A stretch of DNA of 64,000 nt from Dehalococcoidia bacterium (GTDB taxonomy: Bacteria > Chloroflexota > Dehalococcoidia > Lucifugimonadales > Australimonadaceae). Below the pieces are notes generated by a model. It searched no databases. It saw only the letters and a list, made by a program, of their open reading frames with translations, and was not told where the DNA came from. The stretch is from the NCBI GenBank assembly GCA_965242755.1, contig OZ251500.1, positions 2,933,157 to 2,997,156 on the forward strand. The letters run 5' to 3'. This document shows, one piece after another, positions 1 through 9,622 of this stretch; the stretch's first letter is position 1, and each line of letters starts with the position of its first letter. The position numbers and the translations under genes were made by a program.

Positions 1-1
1 T

Positions 2-574
2 ATGACCGCCATCGCGCTGAACGGCTCGACGATCCCCTACTCGGTGACGACGAAGTTCCGCGCGTCCACGGTGCTCTTGCGCCCGGCCCAGCCGGGAGCG
101 GGCATCAAGGCCGGCGGCGCCGTCCGCGCCGTGATGGAGGCGCTCGGCGCCAAGGACGTCGTCGCCAAGGCGTTGGGCAGCCGCAACCCGATCAACGTCG
201 TGCAGGCCGCGCTGCAGGGGCTGCGCCGGTTGCAAACCGCGTCGGCGGACGGCGAAGACGCGCCGCTGCGCGCGTCGCTGCCCCCCGCTCCCGACCGCCG
301 GACGCCCCTCCGCCGCGAGGCGACCGCCCGGCGCGACAGGGGCGAGCGCGGCGAACGCGGCGGCTACCGCGGCGACAGAGAGCGCGGCGAGCGCGGCGGC
401 AGAGACAGAGACCGCGGCGGACGCGGCGAACGAGGGGAGCGCGGCGAACGCCGCGAGGGCGAACTGATCACCGTCATCGAGGGCACGAAGGGGCGCACGG
501 AGGCCTACGAATCCTCGCCCGCGCCTGCGCCGGCCCCTGCCGCCCCAGCCCCGGCCCCGGCGGCGGCGCAGTAG
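2..574 (+). CDS. rpsE: 30S ribosomal protein S5, 5'-truncated by the window edge, with a long Arg/Gly/Glu and Ala/Pro C-terminal tail
   Basis: S5 C-domain motifs [26 protein letters not shown] and [12 protein letters not shown]; lies directly before L30/L15/secY. Confidence 0.95.
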   Translation: MTAIALNGSTIPYSVTTKFRASTVLLRPAQPGAGIKAGGAVRAVMEALGAKDVVAKALGSRNPINVVQAALQGLRRLQTASADGEDAPLRASLPPAPDRRTPLRREATARRDRGERGERGGYRGDRERGERGGRDRDRGGRGERGERGERREGELITVIEGTKGRTEAYESSPAPAPAPAAPAPAPAAAQ

Positions 575-587
575 GAAGCGGGAAGAG

Positions 588-776
588 ATGGCGAAATTGC
601 GAATCAAATGGGTGCGGAGCGGCATCGGCTACGAACGCAGCCAGCGCCGCGCGATCAAGGCTCTGGGACTCAGGCGCCTCCAGCAGGAGGTCGTGCGCGA
701 GGACAGCCCGACCATTCGCGGGATGGTCCACAAAGTGCGCCACCTGGTCTCCGTGAGCGCCGGAGAGGAGGGCTAG
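588..776 (+). CDS. rpmD: 50S ribosomal protein L30
   Basis: [12 protein letters not shown]...ALGLRRL...[12 protein letters not shown]; spc operon position. Confidence 0.97.
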   Translation: MAKLRIKWVRSGIGYERSQRRAIKALGLRRLQQEVVREDSPTIRGMVHKVRHLVSVSAGEEG

Positions 777-779
777 GCG

Positions 780-1223
780 ATGCAAGCGCATAACGTGCGG
801 TCCGCCCACGCGCGCCCCAAGCGCAAGCGCGTCGGCCGAGGCGACGGCTCAGGGAAAGGCACATACTCCGGGCGCGGGTTGAAAGGCCAAAAGGCCCGCT
901 CCGGCGGCGGAGTCCGCCCAGGCTTCGAGGGCGGACAGAACCCGCTCATCAAGGGCTTGCCGATGCTGCGCGGCTTCCGCAACCCCTTCCGCGTGGAGTA
1001 CCAGACCGTGAGCGTCGACAGGCTCGCGGCGCTGCCCGACGACGTCGACGAGGTCACGCCCCAAACGCTCAAGGCGCGCCGCCTCGTCCGCCACGCCGAC
1101 AAGCCCGTGAAGTTGCTGGGCGGCGGCGAGGCGCCCCGCGCGTTCGTCGTCATTGGCGTGAAAGTCACGGCGTCCGCCAAGGCCGCGATAGAGGCCGCCG
1201 GCGGCTCGGTGGCGGAGGCGTAG
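780..1223 (+). CDS. rplO: 50S ribosomal protein L15
   Basis: RKRVGRGDGSGKGTYSGRGLKGQKARSGG...FEGGQ; ends AIEAAGGSV. Confidence 0.97.
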   Translation: MQAHNVRSAHARPKRKRVGRGDGSGKGTYSGRGLKGQKARSGGGVRPGFEGGQNPLIKGLPMLRGFRNPFRVEYQTVSVDRLAALPDDVDEVTPQTLKARRLVRHADKPVKLLGGGEAPRAFVVIGVKVTASAKAAIEAAGGSVAEA

Positions 1224-1226
1224 CAA

Positions 1227-2573
1227 GTGCGCGCCGCCCAAACCGCCGCGCGGGAGCAGCCGGGCAGGCCCGCGCTCATCCAAGCGATGATCGACGCCTT
1301 CAGGACGCCGGACCTCCGGGCCCGCATCCTGTTCGTGCTGGGCATGCTCGTCATCTTCCGCCTGCTCGCCCACGTGCCGGTTCCCGGCGTCGACCGCTCC
1401 GCGCTCGGCAACCTCTTCCAGAACAACCCGCTCGTGCCCCTCTTCGACCTGTTCAGCGGCGGCGGCTTGCGGAATATGAGCATCGCCGCGCTCGGCGTGT
1501 TCCCCTACATCACCGCGTCCATCGTCATCCAAGTGCTCACGCCCGTCCTGCCCCAGTTGCAGGCGCTCTCCAAAGAAGGGGACAGCGGGCGGCAGCGAAT
1601 CAACCAAATCACCCACTGGCTCACGGTGCCCATCGCCTTCTTCTCCGGCTACGGCCAACTCATCCTCTTCTCCCGCGCCAACGTGTTCAACCACCCCATC
1701 AGTTTCTTCGGCGACGGGTCGTTCGAGACGATCACCATCGTCGTCAGTTTCGTCGGCGGCACAATGCTGCTCGTCTGGATGGGCGAACTCATCACGGAGC
1801 GCGGCGTCGGCAACGGCATATCGCTCATCATCTTCGCCGGCATCGTCGCGGGGCTGCCCAACCTCTTAGGCCAGGGATTCCTCGCCCGCGACAACGCGAC
1901 CGGCCTCCTGATGCTCGCCATCGGCGGCCTCATCCTCGTCTTCTTCATCGTCGTCTTCAACGAGGCCCAGCGCCGCATTCCCGTGCAATACGGACGGAGC
2001 GTCTTTCGCGGAGGCCGAATGTACCGGCAATCGGGCGCGACGCATCTCCCGCTGCGCGTCAACTCGGCGGGAATGATCCCGCTCATCTTCGCCTTCGCCA
2101 TTATGGTGCTCCCGGGCACCGTCGCCGGCTTCATCTACAACCCCTCAAGCACGGGCTTCCTCTCCAGCATGGCCGGCTTCGTCGTGCGGACGCTCGCCCC
2201 GACCTCCGTCTGGTACTGGGCAGCCGTGTTCATCTTGGTCGTCATCTTCACCTTCTTCTACACGCTCGTCGTGTTTCAGCAGCAGCAACTCGCGGAGAAC
2301 CTCCAGAAGAACGGAGGCTTCGTCCCGGGCATCCGCCCCGGCGTTCCGACGCAGCAATACCTGAACCGCGTCATTCTCCGCATTACGTGGGGCGGCGCCC
2401 TCTTCTTGGGCCTCGTGTCCATCCTCCCGTTCGTTTTCACGCGGGTCACGGGCGTCGAGGCGCTGACGCTGGGCAGCACGAGCCTCCTCATCATCGTCTC
2501 CGTCGCGCTCGACTTTATGCGCCAGTTGGAGGCGCAACTCCTGATGCGAAACTACGAAGGATTCCTCCGATGA
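1227..2573 (+). CDS. secY: Preprotein translocase subunit SecY
   Basis: About 10 hydrophobic segments; HVPVPGVD, ALGVFPYITASI, GELITERGVGNGISLIIFAGI, PGIRPG, GSTSLLIIVSVALD, YEGF. Confidence 0.98.
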   Translation: MRAAQTAAREQPGRPALIQAMIDAFRTPDLRARILFVLGMLVIFRLLAHVPVPGVDRSALGNLFQNNPLVPLFDLFSGGGLRNMSIAALGVFPYITASIVIQVLTPVLPQLQALSKEGDSGRQRINQITHWLTVPIAFFSGYGQLILFSRANVFNHPISFFGDGSFETITIVVSFVGGTMLLVWMGELITERGVGNGISLIIFAGIVAGLPNLLGQGFLARDNATGLLMLAIGGLILVFFIVVFNEAQRRIPVQYGRSVFRGGRMYRQSGATHLPLRVNSAGMIPLIFAFAIMVLPGTVAGFIYNPSSTGFLSSMAGFVVRTLAPTSVWYWAAVFILVVIFTFFYTLVVFQQQQLAENLQKNGGFVPGIRPGVPTQQYLNRVILRITWGGALFLGLVSILPFVFTRVTGVEALTLGSTSLLIIVSVALDFMRQLEAQLLMRNYEGFLR

Positions 2574-3220
2574 GCGCCCGCGTCGCGCTGCTCGGCCCCC
2601 CGGGCGCCGGAAAGGGCACCCAAGCCGCGCTCATCGCCGAGCGCATGGCCGTCGCCCACGTCGCGTCCGGCGACCTCTTCCGCAAACACCTGAGCGAAGG
2701 CACCGAACTCGGCGCCCTCGCCAAAACCTATATGGACAAAGGCGAACTCGTCCCGGACGACGTCACGATCCGCATGGCGCTCGAGCGCATGGCCGAGCCC
2801 GACGCCCAAGCGGGATGCGTTCTCGACGGCTTCCCCCGCACGATGGAGCAGGCGAAAGCCCTCGACGCGGCGCTGGAGGAGCAAGGCGAGCGCATAGCCG
2901 CCGCCCCTTTGATCGAGGTGGACGTCGAGGAGTTGGTGCGCCGCCTCGCCGGCCGGTGGATCTGCCGCAGTTGCCAAACGCCTTACCACGAGGCGTTCAA
3001 TCCGCCCCAAACCGCAGGGCGGTGCGACGCCTGCGGCGGCGACCTCTATCAGCGCGACGACGACAAACCCGAAGTCGTCCGCGCCCGGCTCGAGACCTAC
3101 GAGCGGCAGACCGCTCCGCTGATCGCCTACTACGAAGCGCAGGGCAAACTCGCTCGCGTGAACGGACAACAAAGCGTCGAGCGAGTCACCGCCGATTTGG
3201 AGGCCGCCATCGGCGCGTGA
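2570..3220 (+). CDS. adk: Adenylate kinase (Zn-binding LID)
   Basis: ATG at 2570 overlaps the secY stop (ATGA); P-loop GPPGAGKGTQA, LDGFPRT, CxxC...CxxC LID, QRDDD. Confidence 0.97.
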   Translation: MSARVALLGPPGAGKGTQAALIAERMAVAHVASGDLFRKHLSEGTELGALAKTYMDKGELVPDDVTIRMALERMAEPDAQAGCVLDGFPRTMEQAKALDAALEEQGERIAAAPLIEVDVEELVRRLAGRWICRSCQTPYHEAFNPPQTAGRCDACGGDLYQRDDDKPEVVRARLETYERQTAPLIAYYEAQGKLARVNGQQSVERVTADLEAAIGA

Positions 3221-3227
3221 GGCCGCT

Positions 3228-3256
3228 TTGCATTTTGGCCTCGCGCGGCGTACAAT
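3228..3256 (+). promoter_or_regulatory. Putative sigma70 promoter of map and the downstream alpha operon (TTGCAT-N17-TACAAT)
   Basis: Near-consensus hexamers with a 17-nt spacer, 12 nt upstream of the map ATG. Confidence 0.6.
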
Positions 3257-3268
3257 AAGCGTTCGCAG

Positions 3269-4102
3269 ATGAAAACGAAGACGAAAACGAAAACAATCCT
3301 GCGCGGCTTGGGCGCAAGCAACGGGCGCGAAGGCATCACGGTCAAGAGTTCCCTCGAACTCGACCGGATGCGCGAGGCCGGGCGCATAACCGGCGAAGTC
3401 CTCGCCGCGCTCGCCTCCGCCGTCGCCCCGGGCGTGACGACCCTGGAGATGGACACGCTCGCCGAACGCGAGATCCGCGCCCGAGGCGCCGTCCCCGCCT
3501 TCAAGGGCTACCGCGGCTTCCCCGCGTCCCTCTGCGTCTCCGTCAACGACGAAATCGTCCACGGCATCCCAGGACGCCGCCGCCTCAAGGACGGCGATGT
3601 CGTCGGAATGGACCTCGGCGCGATCGTGGACGGCCTCTACGGCGATTCGGCGGTGACCGTCGCCGTCGGGGAAGCGAGTTGCGGCGCGCTGAAGCAGATG
3701 GAGACCGGCCGCGCCGCCCTGTTCGCAGGCATCGAGCAGGCGCGCGCCGGCAACCGCGTCGGCGACGTCTCCCACGCCGTCGAGCGGGAAATCCTCCGCC
3801 GCGGCCAATACGGCATCGTCCGAGGCTACACCGGCCACGGCATCGGAACGCAGTTGCACGAGGAGCCCTCCGTTCCAAACTACGGGCCCAGCGGACGCGG
3901 CGCCGCCCTCCGCCCAGGCATGGCCATCGCCATCGAGCCGATGGTCAACCTCGGCGGCGACGACACCGCCGTCCTCGACGACGGCTGGACGGTCGTCACG
4001 TCCGACGGGACGGTCTCCGTCCACTACGAGCACACGGTCATCATCACGGAAGGCGACCCGATCATCACGACGCTGATCGGCGAATGGCCGACCGGCGAAT
4101 AG
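3269..4102 (+). CDS. map: Methionine aminopeptidase type I
   Basis: [54 protein letters not shown]. Confidence 0.97.
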   Translation: MKTKTKTKTILRGLGASNGREGITVKSSLELDRMREAGRITGEVLAALASAVAPGVTTLEMDTLAEREIRARGAVPAFKGYRGFPASLCVSVNDEIVHGIPGRRRLKDGDVVGMDLGAIVDGLYGDSAVTVAVGEASCGALKQMETGRAALFAGIEQARAGNRVGDVSHAVEREILRRGQYGIVRGYTGHGIGTQLHEEPSVPNYGPSGRGAALRPGMAIAIEPMVNLGGDDTAVLDDGWTVVTSDGTVSVHYEHTVIITEGDPIITTLIGEWPTGE

Positions 4103-4119
4103 GAGAACGCGGGCGCCGC

Positions 4120-4338
4120 ATGGCGAAGAAAGAATCCATAGAGGTCGAAGCGACGGTGACGGAGGCGCTGCCCAACGCGACGTTCCGCGCCGAACTGGCG
4201 AACGGGCACGCCGTGCTCGCGCACGTGTCGGGCAAGATGCGGATGCACTTCATCCGCGTCCTCCCCGGCGACCGCGTGCTCGTGGAGTTGTCCCCCTACG
4301 ACCTCTCGCGCGGGCGCATCACCTACCGGTTCAAGTAG
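4120..4338 (+). CDS. infA: Translation initiation factor IF-1
   Basis: [30 protein letters not shown]...[40 protein letters not shown] upstream. Confidence 0.98.
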   Translation: MAKKESIEVEATVTEALPNATFRAELANGHAVLAHVSGKMRMHFIRVLPGDRVLVELSPYDLSRGRITYRFK

Positions 4339-4385
4339 GCGCGGCGGTTCCCGTAGACACGGTCGGCGGCGAGAAGGAGCGAACA

Positions 4386-4499
4386 ATGAAAGTGTCGGCG
4401 TCGGTCAAACCTCGGTGCGACAAGTGCCGCCAAATTCGGCGCGGGCGGACGGTGCGGATCATCTGCTCCAACTCCCGCCACAACCAGAAGCAGGGGTGA
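4386..4499 (+). CDS. rpmJ: 50S ribosomal protein L36 (absent from the ORF track; 37 aa)
   Basis: Manual translation [46 protein letters not shown]; CxxC..C..H Zn ligands. Confidence 0.97.
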   Translation: MKVSASVKPRCDKCRQIRRGRTVRIICSNSRHNQKQG

Positions 4500-4503
4500 A
4501 GGC

Positions 4504-4884
4504 ATGGCTCGCGTGGCAGGCGTCGACATACCCGACAACAAGCGCATCGAAATCGCGCTCAGGCGCGTCCACGGCATCGGCCCCGCGCTCGCGCGCAAAA
4601 TCGCGGCCCAGGCCGACCTCCCCGGCAACCCCAAAGTGCGCGACGTCCCCGACGACCGCATGGCCCGCATCCGCGAGATCGTCGACCACGACTACACCGT
4701 CGAAGGCGACCTCCGGCGCGAGGTCAACGACAACGTCCGCCGACTCATAGACATCGGAACCTACCGCGGGCTGCGCCACCGCAGAGGCTTGCCTACGCGC
4801 GGCCAGCGCACCCGCACCAACGCCCGCGCCAAGCGCAGCGGGCGCCGCACCGTCGCCGGCAAGCGCCGCGTGATGAAGAAGTAG
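4504..4884 (+). CDS. rpsM: 30S ribosomal protein S13
   Basis: MARVAGVDIPDNKRIEIAL..HGIG...EGDLRRE...YRGLRHRRGLPTRGQRTRTNAR. Confidence 0.98.
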   Translation: MARVAGVDIPDNKRIEIALRRVHGIGPALARKIAAQADLPGNPKVRDVPDDRMARIREIVDHDYTVEGDLRREVNDNVRRLIDIGTYRGLRHRRGLPTRGQRTRTNARAKRSGRRTVAGKRRVMKK

Positions 4885-4911
4885 AACAGCGAAAGACGGG
4901 AGGATAGCGTC

Positions 4912-5304
4912 TTGGCAAGAGCCAACCGAACGCGGACCCGCCGCAGGGAGCGCAAGTTCGTTCCCCGCGGCAAGGTGTTCATCACCTCGACCTTCAACAA
5001 CACCCTCGTCTCCCTCACCGACCCCGAAGGCAACGTCGTCTCCTGGGGATCGGCGGGCGGCGTCGGCTTCAAGGGCTCGCGCAAGAGCACGGCGTTCGCC
5101 GCTCAGCGCGTCTCCGAAACCGCGGCCCGCAAGGCGATGGAGTTCGGCTTGCGCCAAGTCGAAGTCTATGTCCGAGGCCCGGGCGCGGGGCGCGAGTCCG
5201 CCATCCGCGCCCTGCAGAGCGCGGGGCTCACGGTGACCAGCATCCGCGACGTCACCCCCATCCCCCACAACGGCTGCCGCCCCCCCAAGCGGCGGCGCGT
5301 CTAG
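4912..5304 (+). CDS. rpsK: 30S ribosomal protein S11 (TTG start)
   Basis: [57 protein letters not shown]. Confidence 0.98.
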   Translation: MARANRTRTRRRERKFVPRGKVFITSTFNNTLVSLTDPEGNVVSWGSAGGVGFKGSRKSTAFAAQRVSETAARKAMEFGLRQVEVYVRGPGAGRESAIRALQSAGLTVTSIRDVTPIPHNGCRPPKRRRV

Positions 5305-5318
5305 GAGACGAAGCAGAG

Positions 5319-5945
<627 letters not shown>

Positions 5946-6008
5946 ACAGGAATCGCTCGTCCGCCTCCCCAACAAGGGCGGACGTGTTGCGCAAGGACGT
6001 GACATAAG

Positions 6009-7052
6009 ATGTTGGACTACGGCTACGACGAGCCGCGCGACTCGAAACTCGACGCCGCGCCCAGGCCGCAGATCAGAACCGACGAAGCCGGCGAAACCTA
6101 CGGACGGTTCGTCATCGAACCCCTCCCGCAGGGCTACAGCGACACGCTCGGCAACCCCTTGCGCCGCGTGCTCCTCAGCTCCATCCCCGGCGCCGCCGTC
6201 AACGCCGTCAAAATCGACGGCGTCGAACACGAATACTCCACCGTCCCCAACGTCAAGGAAGACGTCGTCGACATCCTCCTCAACGTCAAAGCCATCAGCA
6301 TCCGCGCCCACGCCAAGCGGCCAGGCAAGTTGCGCCTCCGCGTCGAAGGCCCAGGCGAGGTCAAGGCCGGCGACGTCATCATGTCCCCGGACTTCGAGAT
6401 CGTGAACCCCGAACTCCACATCGCCACCCTCGACGGCCCGGACTCCCGCCTCGATATGGATATGGACGTCGAAATCGACCGCGGCTACAAACCCGCCGCG
6501 CCGGGCGAAGGCCGCCCCATCGGCGAAATCCCCGTCGACGCCGTCTACACCCCCGTCCACAAGGTCAACTACAAACGCGAATTCGCCCGCGTCGGCCAGC
6601 GCACCGACTACGAGCGCCTCATCGTCGAAGTTTGGACCAACGGCGCCGTCTCCCCCGTCGAAGCCATGAAACAGGCCGGCGCCGGCCTCGTCGAGTACTT
6701 CTCCTACTTCTCGATGGTCTCCGACTCCGGCCAGGATGGCGGCGGCGGCCTCGTCTGGATCGCCGCCATCCCCGCCTCCCAGCGCAACATGGACGTCGAA
6801 AAACTCAACCTCTCGATGCGAACGCTCAACTGCCTCAAGCGCGCCGCCATCCACAAAGTCGGCGAAACGCTCGAGAAAAACCGCGACGAACTCCTCCGCA
6901 TCCGCAACTTCGGCGAGAAGTCCCTCGACGAACTCGACGAAAAACTCCGGGAGATCGGCATCATCCACCCCGGCCTACGCCTCCCCGACGCTCCGCCCGA
7001 ACAGGCGGAGCCCGCCGGCGCGGCCCAAGCCCCAACCGGAAACGAGGAGTAG
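6009..7052 (+). CDS. rpoA: RNA polymerase alpha subunit
   Basis: YGRFVIEPL..TLGNPLRRVLLSSIPG..HEYST..VKEDV..RVGQRTDYERL; CTD LNLSMRTLNCLKRA..IRNFGEKSLDE. Confidence 0.98.
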   Translation: MLDYGYDEPRDSKLDAAPRPQIRTDEAGETYGRFVIEPLPQGYSDTLGNPLRRVLLSSIPGAAVNAVKIDGVEHEYSTVPNVKEDVVDILLNVKAISIRAHAKRPGKLRLRVEGPGEVKAGDVIMSPDFEIVNPELHIATLDGPDSRLDMDMDVEIDRGYKPAAPGEGRPIGEIPVDAVYTPVHKVNYKREFARVGQRTDYERLIVEVWTNGAVSPVEAMKQAGAGLVEYFSYFSMVSDSGQDGGGGLVWIAAIPASQRNMDVEKLNLSMRTLNCLKRAAIHKVGETLEKNRDELLRIRNFGEKSLDELDEKLREIGIIHPGLRLPDAPPEQAEPAGAAQAPTGNEE

Positions 7053-7056
7053 CGAG

Positions 7057-7410
7057 ATGCGCCACCGCGTGTCAGGCCGCAAACTGGGCCGCCGAACCGA
7101 GCACCGCCAAGCGCTGATGAGCAACCTCGTCTCCCAGCTCCTCCGCTACGAGCGCGTCGCCACCACCGAGGCCCGAGCCCGCGCCGTCCAGCCCATCGCC
7201 GAGAAAATCATCAGCAAAGGGCGCGACGCCACCCTCGGCAACCGCCGCATCGCCCTCGCCGCCCTCCCCGACAAGCGCGTCGTCAAACGCCTCTTCGACG
7301 AGATCGGGCCACGCTACGCCAACCGCCCAGGCGGCTACACCCGCCTGACCAAAATCGCCCCCCGCAAAGGCGACGCCGCCCCGATGGCCCTGCTGGAGTT
7401 GGTGGAGTAG
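7057..7410 (+). CDS. rplQ: 50S ribosomal protein L17
   Basis: MRHRVSGRKLGRRTEHRQAL..TTEARA..RPGGYTRL..RKGDAAPMALLELV. Confidence 0.97.
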   Translation: MRHRVSGRKLGRRTEHRQALMSNLVSQLLRYERVATTEARARAVQPIAEKIISKGRDATLGNRRIALAALPDKRVVKRLFDEIGPRYANRPGGYTRLTKIAPRKGDAAPMALLELVE

Positions 7411-7427
7411 ACGCGACGAGGACGAAA

Positions 7428-8183
7428 ATGACGAGACGAATCGCGCTCGTCGTCGAATACGAGGGAACAGGCTACGCCGGCTTCCAACGCCAGCCGCGCC
7501 AACCCTCCGTGCAGGAGGACATCGAAAACGCAATAGAATCGCTCACAACGACCCGCTCCGTCGTCCGCGGAGCAGGGCGCACCGACGCCGGAGTCCACGC
7601 CGTTGGCCAAGTCGCCGCGTTCGATACGCCCAGCAGCCTCCCCATCGAGCGGATCGCCGCGGGGCTGAACCACCGCCTCGACGAGCGCATCGCGGTTCGC
7701 GCGGCCTACGACGTTCCCCCGTCGTTCGATCCGCGCAGAGACGCGACAGCCCGGGTCTACCGCTACCGCATCCTCGACGGCGCCCCTCCGTCCCCCTTGC
7801 GCCGCAACGTTACGCGCCGCCTCCCACGAAAACTGGACGCGGACGCGATGCAAGCGGCGGCGGACCTCCTCCCAGGCGAGCGCGACTTCCGCGCCTTCAG
7901 CGGACCGCTCCCGGAAGGCAAAACGTTCATCCGGCGGATGACGCGGGCCGAAGCGCGGCGAGTCGGGGACGAACTGCAAGTGGAGTTGGAGGCCAACGCC
8001 TTCCTCCCCCAGCAAGTCCGCCGAACCGTCGGCGCCCTCGTCGAAGTGGGGGCGGGCAAAGCGAACGTGAGCGACTTCGAGCGACTAGCGAACAGCGGAG
8101 CGCAGGGCGTGGCGGACAAAGTCCTCCCCGCCCGCGGCCTAACCCTTCAGGAAGTGAGATACGCGGGATTCCCGCCGAAGTGA
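7428..8183 (+). CDS. truA: tRNA pseudouridine(38-40) synthase
   Basis: YEGTGYAGFQRQ, GAGRTDAGVHAVGQV, ANAFLPQQVRRTVG, PARGLTL. Confidence 0.96.
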   Translation: MTRRIALVVEYEGTGYAGFQRQPRQPSVQEDIENAIESLTTTRSVVRGAGRTDAGVHAVGQVAAFDTPSSLPIERIAAGLNHRLDERIAVRAAYDVPPSFDPRRDATARVYRYRILDGAPPSPLRRNVTRRLPRKLDADAMQAAADLLPGERDFRAFSGPLPEGKTFIRRMTRAEARRVGDELQVELEANAFLPQQVRRTVGALVEVGAGKANVSDFERLANSGAQGVADKVLPARGLTLQEVRYAGFPPK

Positions 8184-8184
8184 T

Positions 8185-9147
8185 ATGGAACTGCAGCGCA
8201 TCACCAAACACACCAACCCCTCGGCGCGCCGCGAAAAGTGGCACGTCGTGGACGCCGACGGCGAACGCCTCGGACGCGTCGCGACCAAAATCGCGGGGCT
8301 CCTCCAGGGCAAGCATCGCCCCGACTACAGCCGCCACCAGTTGTCCGAGGACTTCGTCATCGTCGTCAACGCCGCCAAAATCAGCGTCTCCGGCGCGAAA
8401 ATGACCCAAAAGGTCTACTACCGCCACTCCGGCTACCTCGGCGGCATGCGGACCCGCACCCTCGAGGAAATGCTCGCCCGCTTCCCCGCCCGCGTCATCG
8501 AACTCGCCGTCAAGGGCATGCTCCCCCGCAACCGGCTCGGCCGCAGAATGCTGCGCCGCCTCAAGGTCTACCCCGACGCCTCCCACCCCCACGAGGCGCA
8601 AGTCCGCATCGGCATGGGCAAGCCCAAGCAGGCCCCCGCCGAGCCGCCCCCGGCCCCCACGCGCCGGCGCCGCCGCCCCGCCCCCGTGGAAGCCGCTGCG
8701 CCGTCGGACGCGCCCGAAACCCAAACCGCAGCCGCCGAAGCGCAACCCCCCGTCGAGGAAGAGCCCCAGATCACAGCCGAACAAGAGCCCGACCAGAGCG
8801 AGCCGGAAGAGTCCGCCGAAGCGCAAACTTCTGCCGAACAGTCCGCCGACGCGGACGCTGAGGCCGAGCAATCCGAGGCTGCCGCCGATGCGGACGCTGA
8901 GCAAGAACAGTCCGAGGCTGCCGCTGAGGACGCCTCCGGTGATGTGGATGCTGAGGCCGAGCAGTCCGAGGCTACTGCCGAGGACGCTGCTGACGATGCG
9001 GACGCGGAGCAAGAGCAATCCGAGGCCGCCGAGGCCGACTCCGCCGACAGTGCGGACGCGGAGCAAGAACAGTCCGGATCCGCCGCCGACCCCGAATCCC
9101 CTAGCGCGGACGCGGAGACCGACAAGGCCGAGGGAGAGAGGAAGTAG
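8185..9147 (+). CDS. rplM: 50S ribosomal protein L13 with a ~175-aa acidic repetitive C-terminal extension
   Basis: WHVVDA..LGRVAT..GKHRPDY..YYRHSGYLGG..AVKGMLP..LKVY..HPHEAQ core, then a D/E/A/S/Q-rich tail; stop codon abuts the rpsI ATG. Confidence 0.95.
   Translation: MELQRITKHTNPSARREKWHVVDADGERLGRVATKIAGLLQGKHRPDYSRHQLSEDFVIVVNAAKISVSGAKMTQKVYYRHSGYLGGMRTRTLEEMLARFPARVIELAVKGMLPRNRLGRRMLRRLKVYPDASHPHEAQVRIGMGKPKQAPAEPPPAPTRRRRRPAPVEAAAPSDAPETQTAAAEAQPPVEEEPQITAEQEPDQSEPEESAEAQTSAEQSADADAEAEQSEAAADADAEQEQSEAAAEDASGDVDAEAEQSEATAEDAADDADAEQEQSEAAEADSADSADAEQEQSGSAADPESPSADAETDKAEGERK
8848..9078 (+). repeat. Five imperfect coding repeats, consensus DADAE(A/Q)EQSEA, in the L13 tail
   Basis: Recurrent g(c/t)gga(c/t)gc(t/g)gag(gcc/caa)ga(g/a)ca(a/g)tccg units. 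Confidence 0.85.
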
Positions 9148-9552
9148 ATGACGACCCAGGAGAGTTACTACTACGGAACGGGCAAGCGGAAGTCCGCCAT
9201 TGCCCGCGTGCGGCTCTACCCCGGCGGCGCGGGCGCCGTCATCATCAACGGCAAGCCTCTCGAGGAGGCGCTCCCCTGGCTCGACTGGCGCAAGCGCGCG
9301 ATGCAGCCCTTCGAGACGATCGCCGCCGCCGCCAACCGCTTCAACGTCGTGGCCAAGATCCAGGGCGGCGGCGTCTCATCCTGGGCCGACGCCTTGCGGC
9401 ACGGCATCGCCCGCGCCCTCCTCGCCGCCGACCCCAACCTCAAGCCCGAACTCCGCAAGCGCGGCTACCTCACCCGCGACTCCCGCATCAAAGAGAGCAA
9501 AAAGTACGGCCTCAAGCGCGCCCGCCGCGCCCCGCAGTACACCAAGCGCTAG
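9148..9552 (+). CDS. rpsI: 30S ribosomal protein S9
   Basis: YYGTGKRKSAIARVRL..GGG..LRHGIARAL..LTRDSRIKESKKYGLKRARRAPQYTKR. Confidence 0.98.
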   Translation: MTTQESYYYGTGKRKSAIARVRLYPGGAGAVIINGKPLEEALPWLDWRKRAMQPFETIAAAANRFNVVAKIQGGGVSSWADALRHGIARALLAADPNLKPELRKRGYLTRDSRIKESKKYGLKRARRAPQYTKR

Positions 9553-9622
9553 CCCCGCCGCCAACGCCGCGTAGACGGAACCGAGCCGCGAACGCCGGCG
9601 CCGCGCTGCTTCCGGCGCAGCC

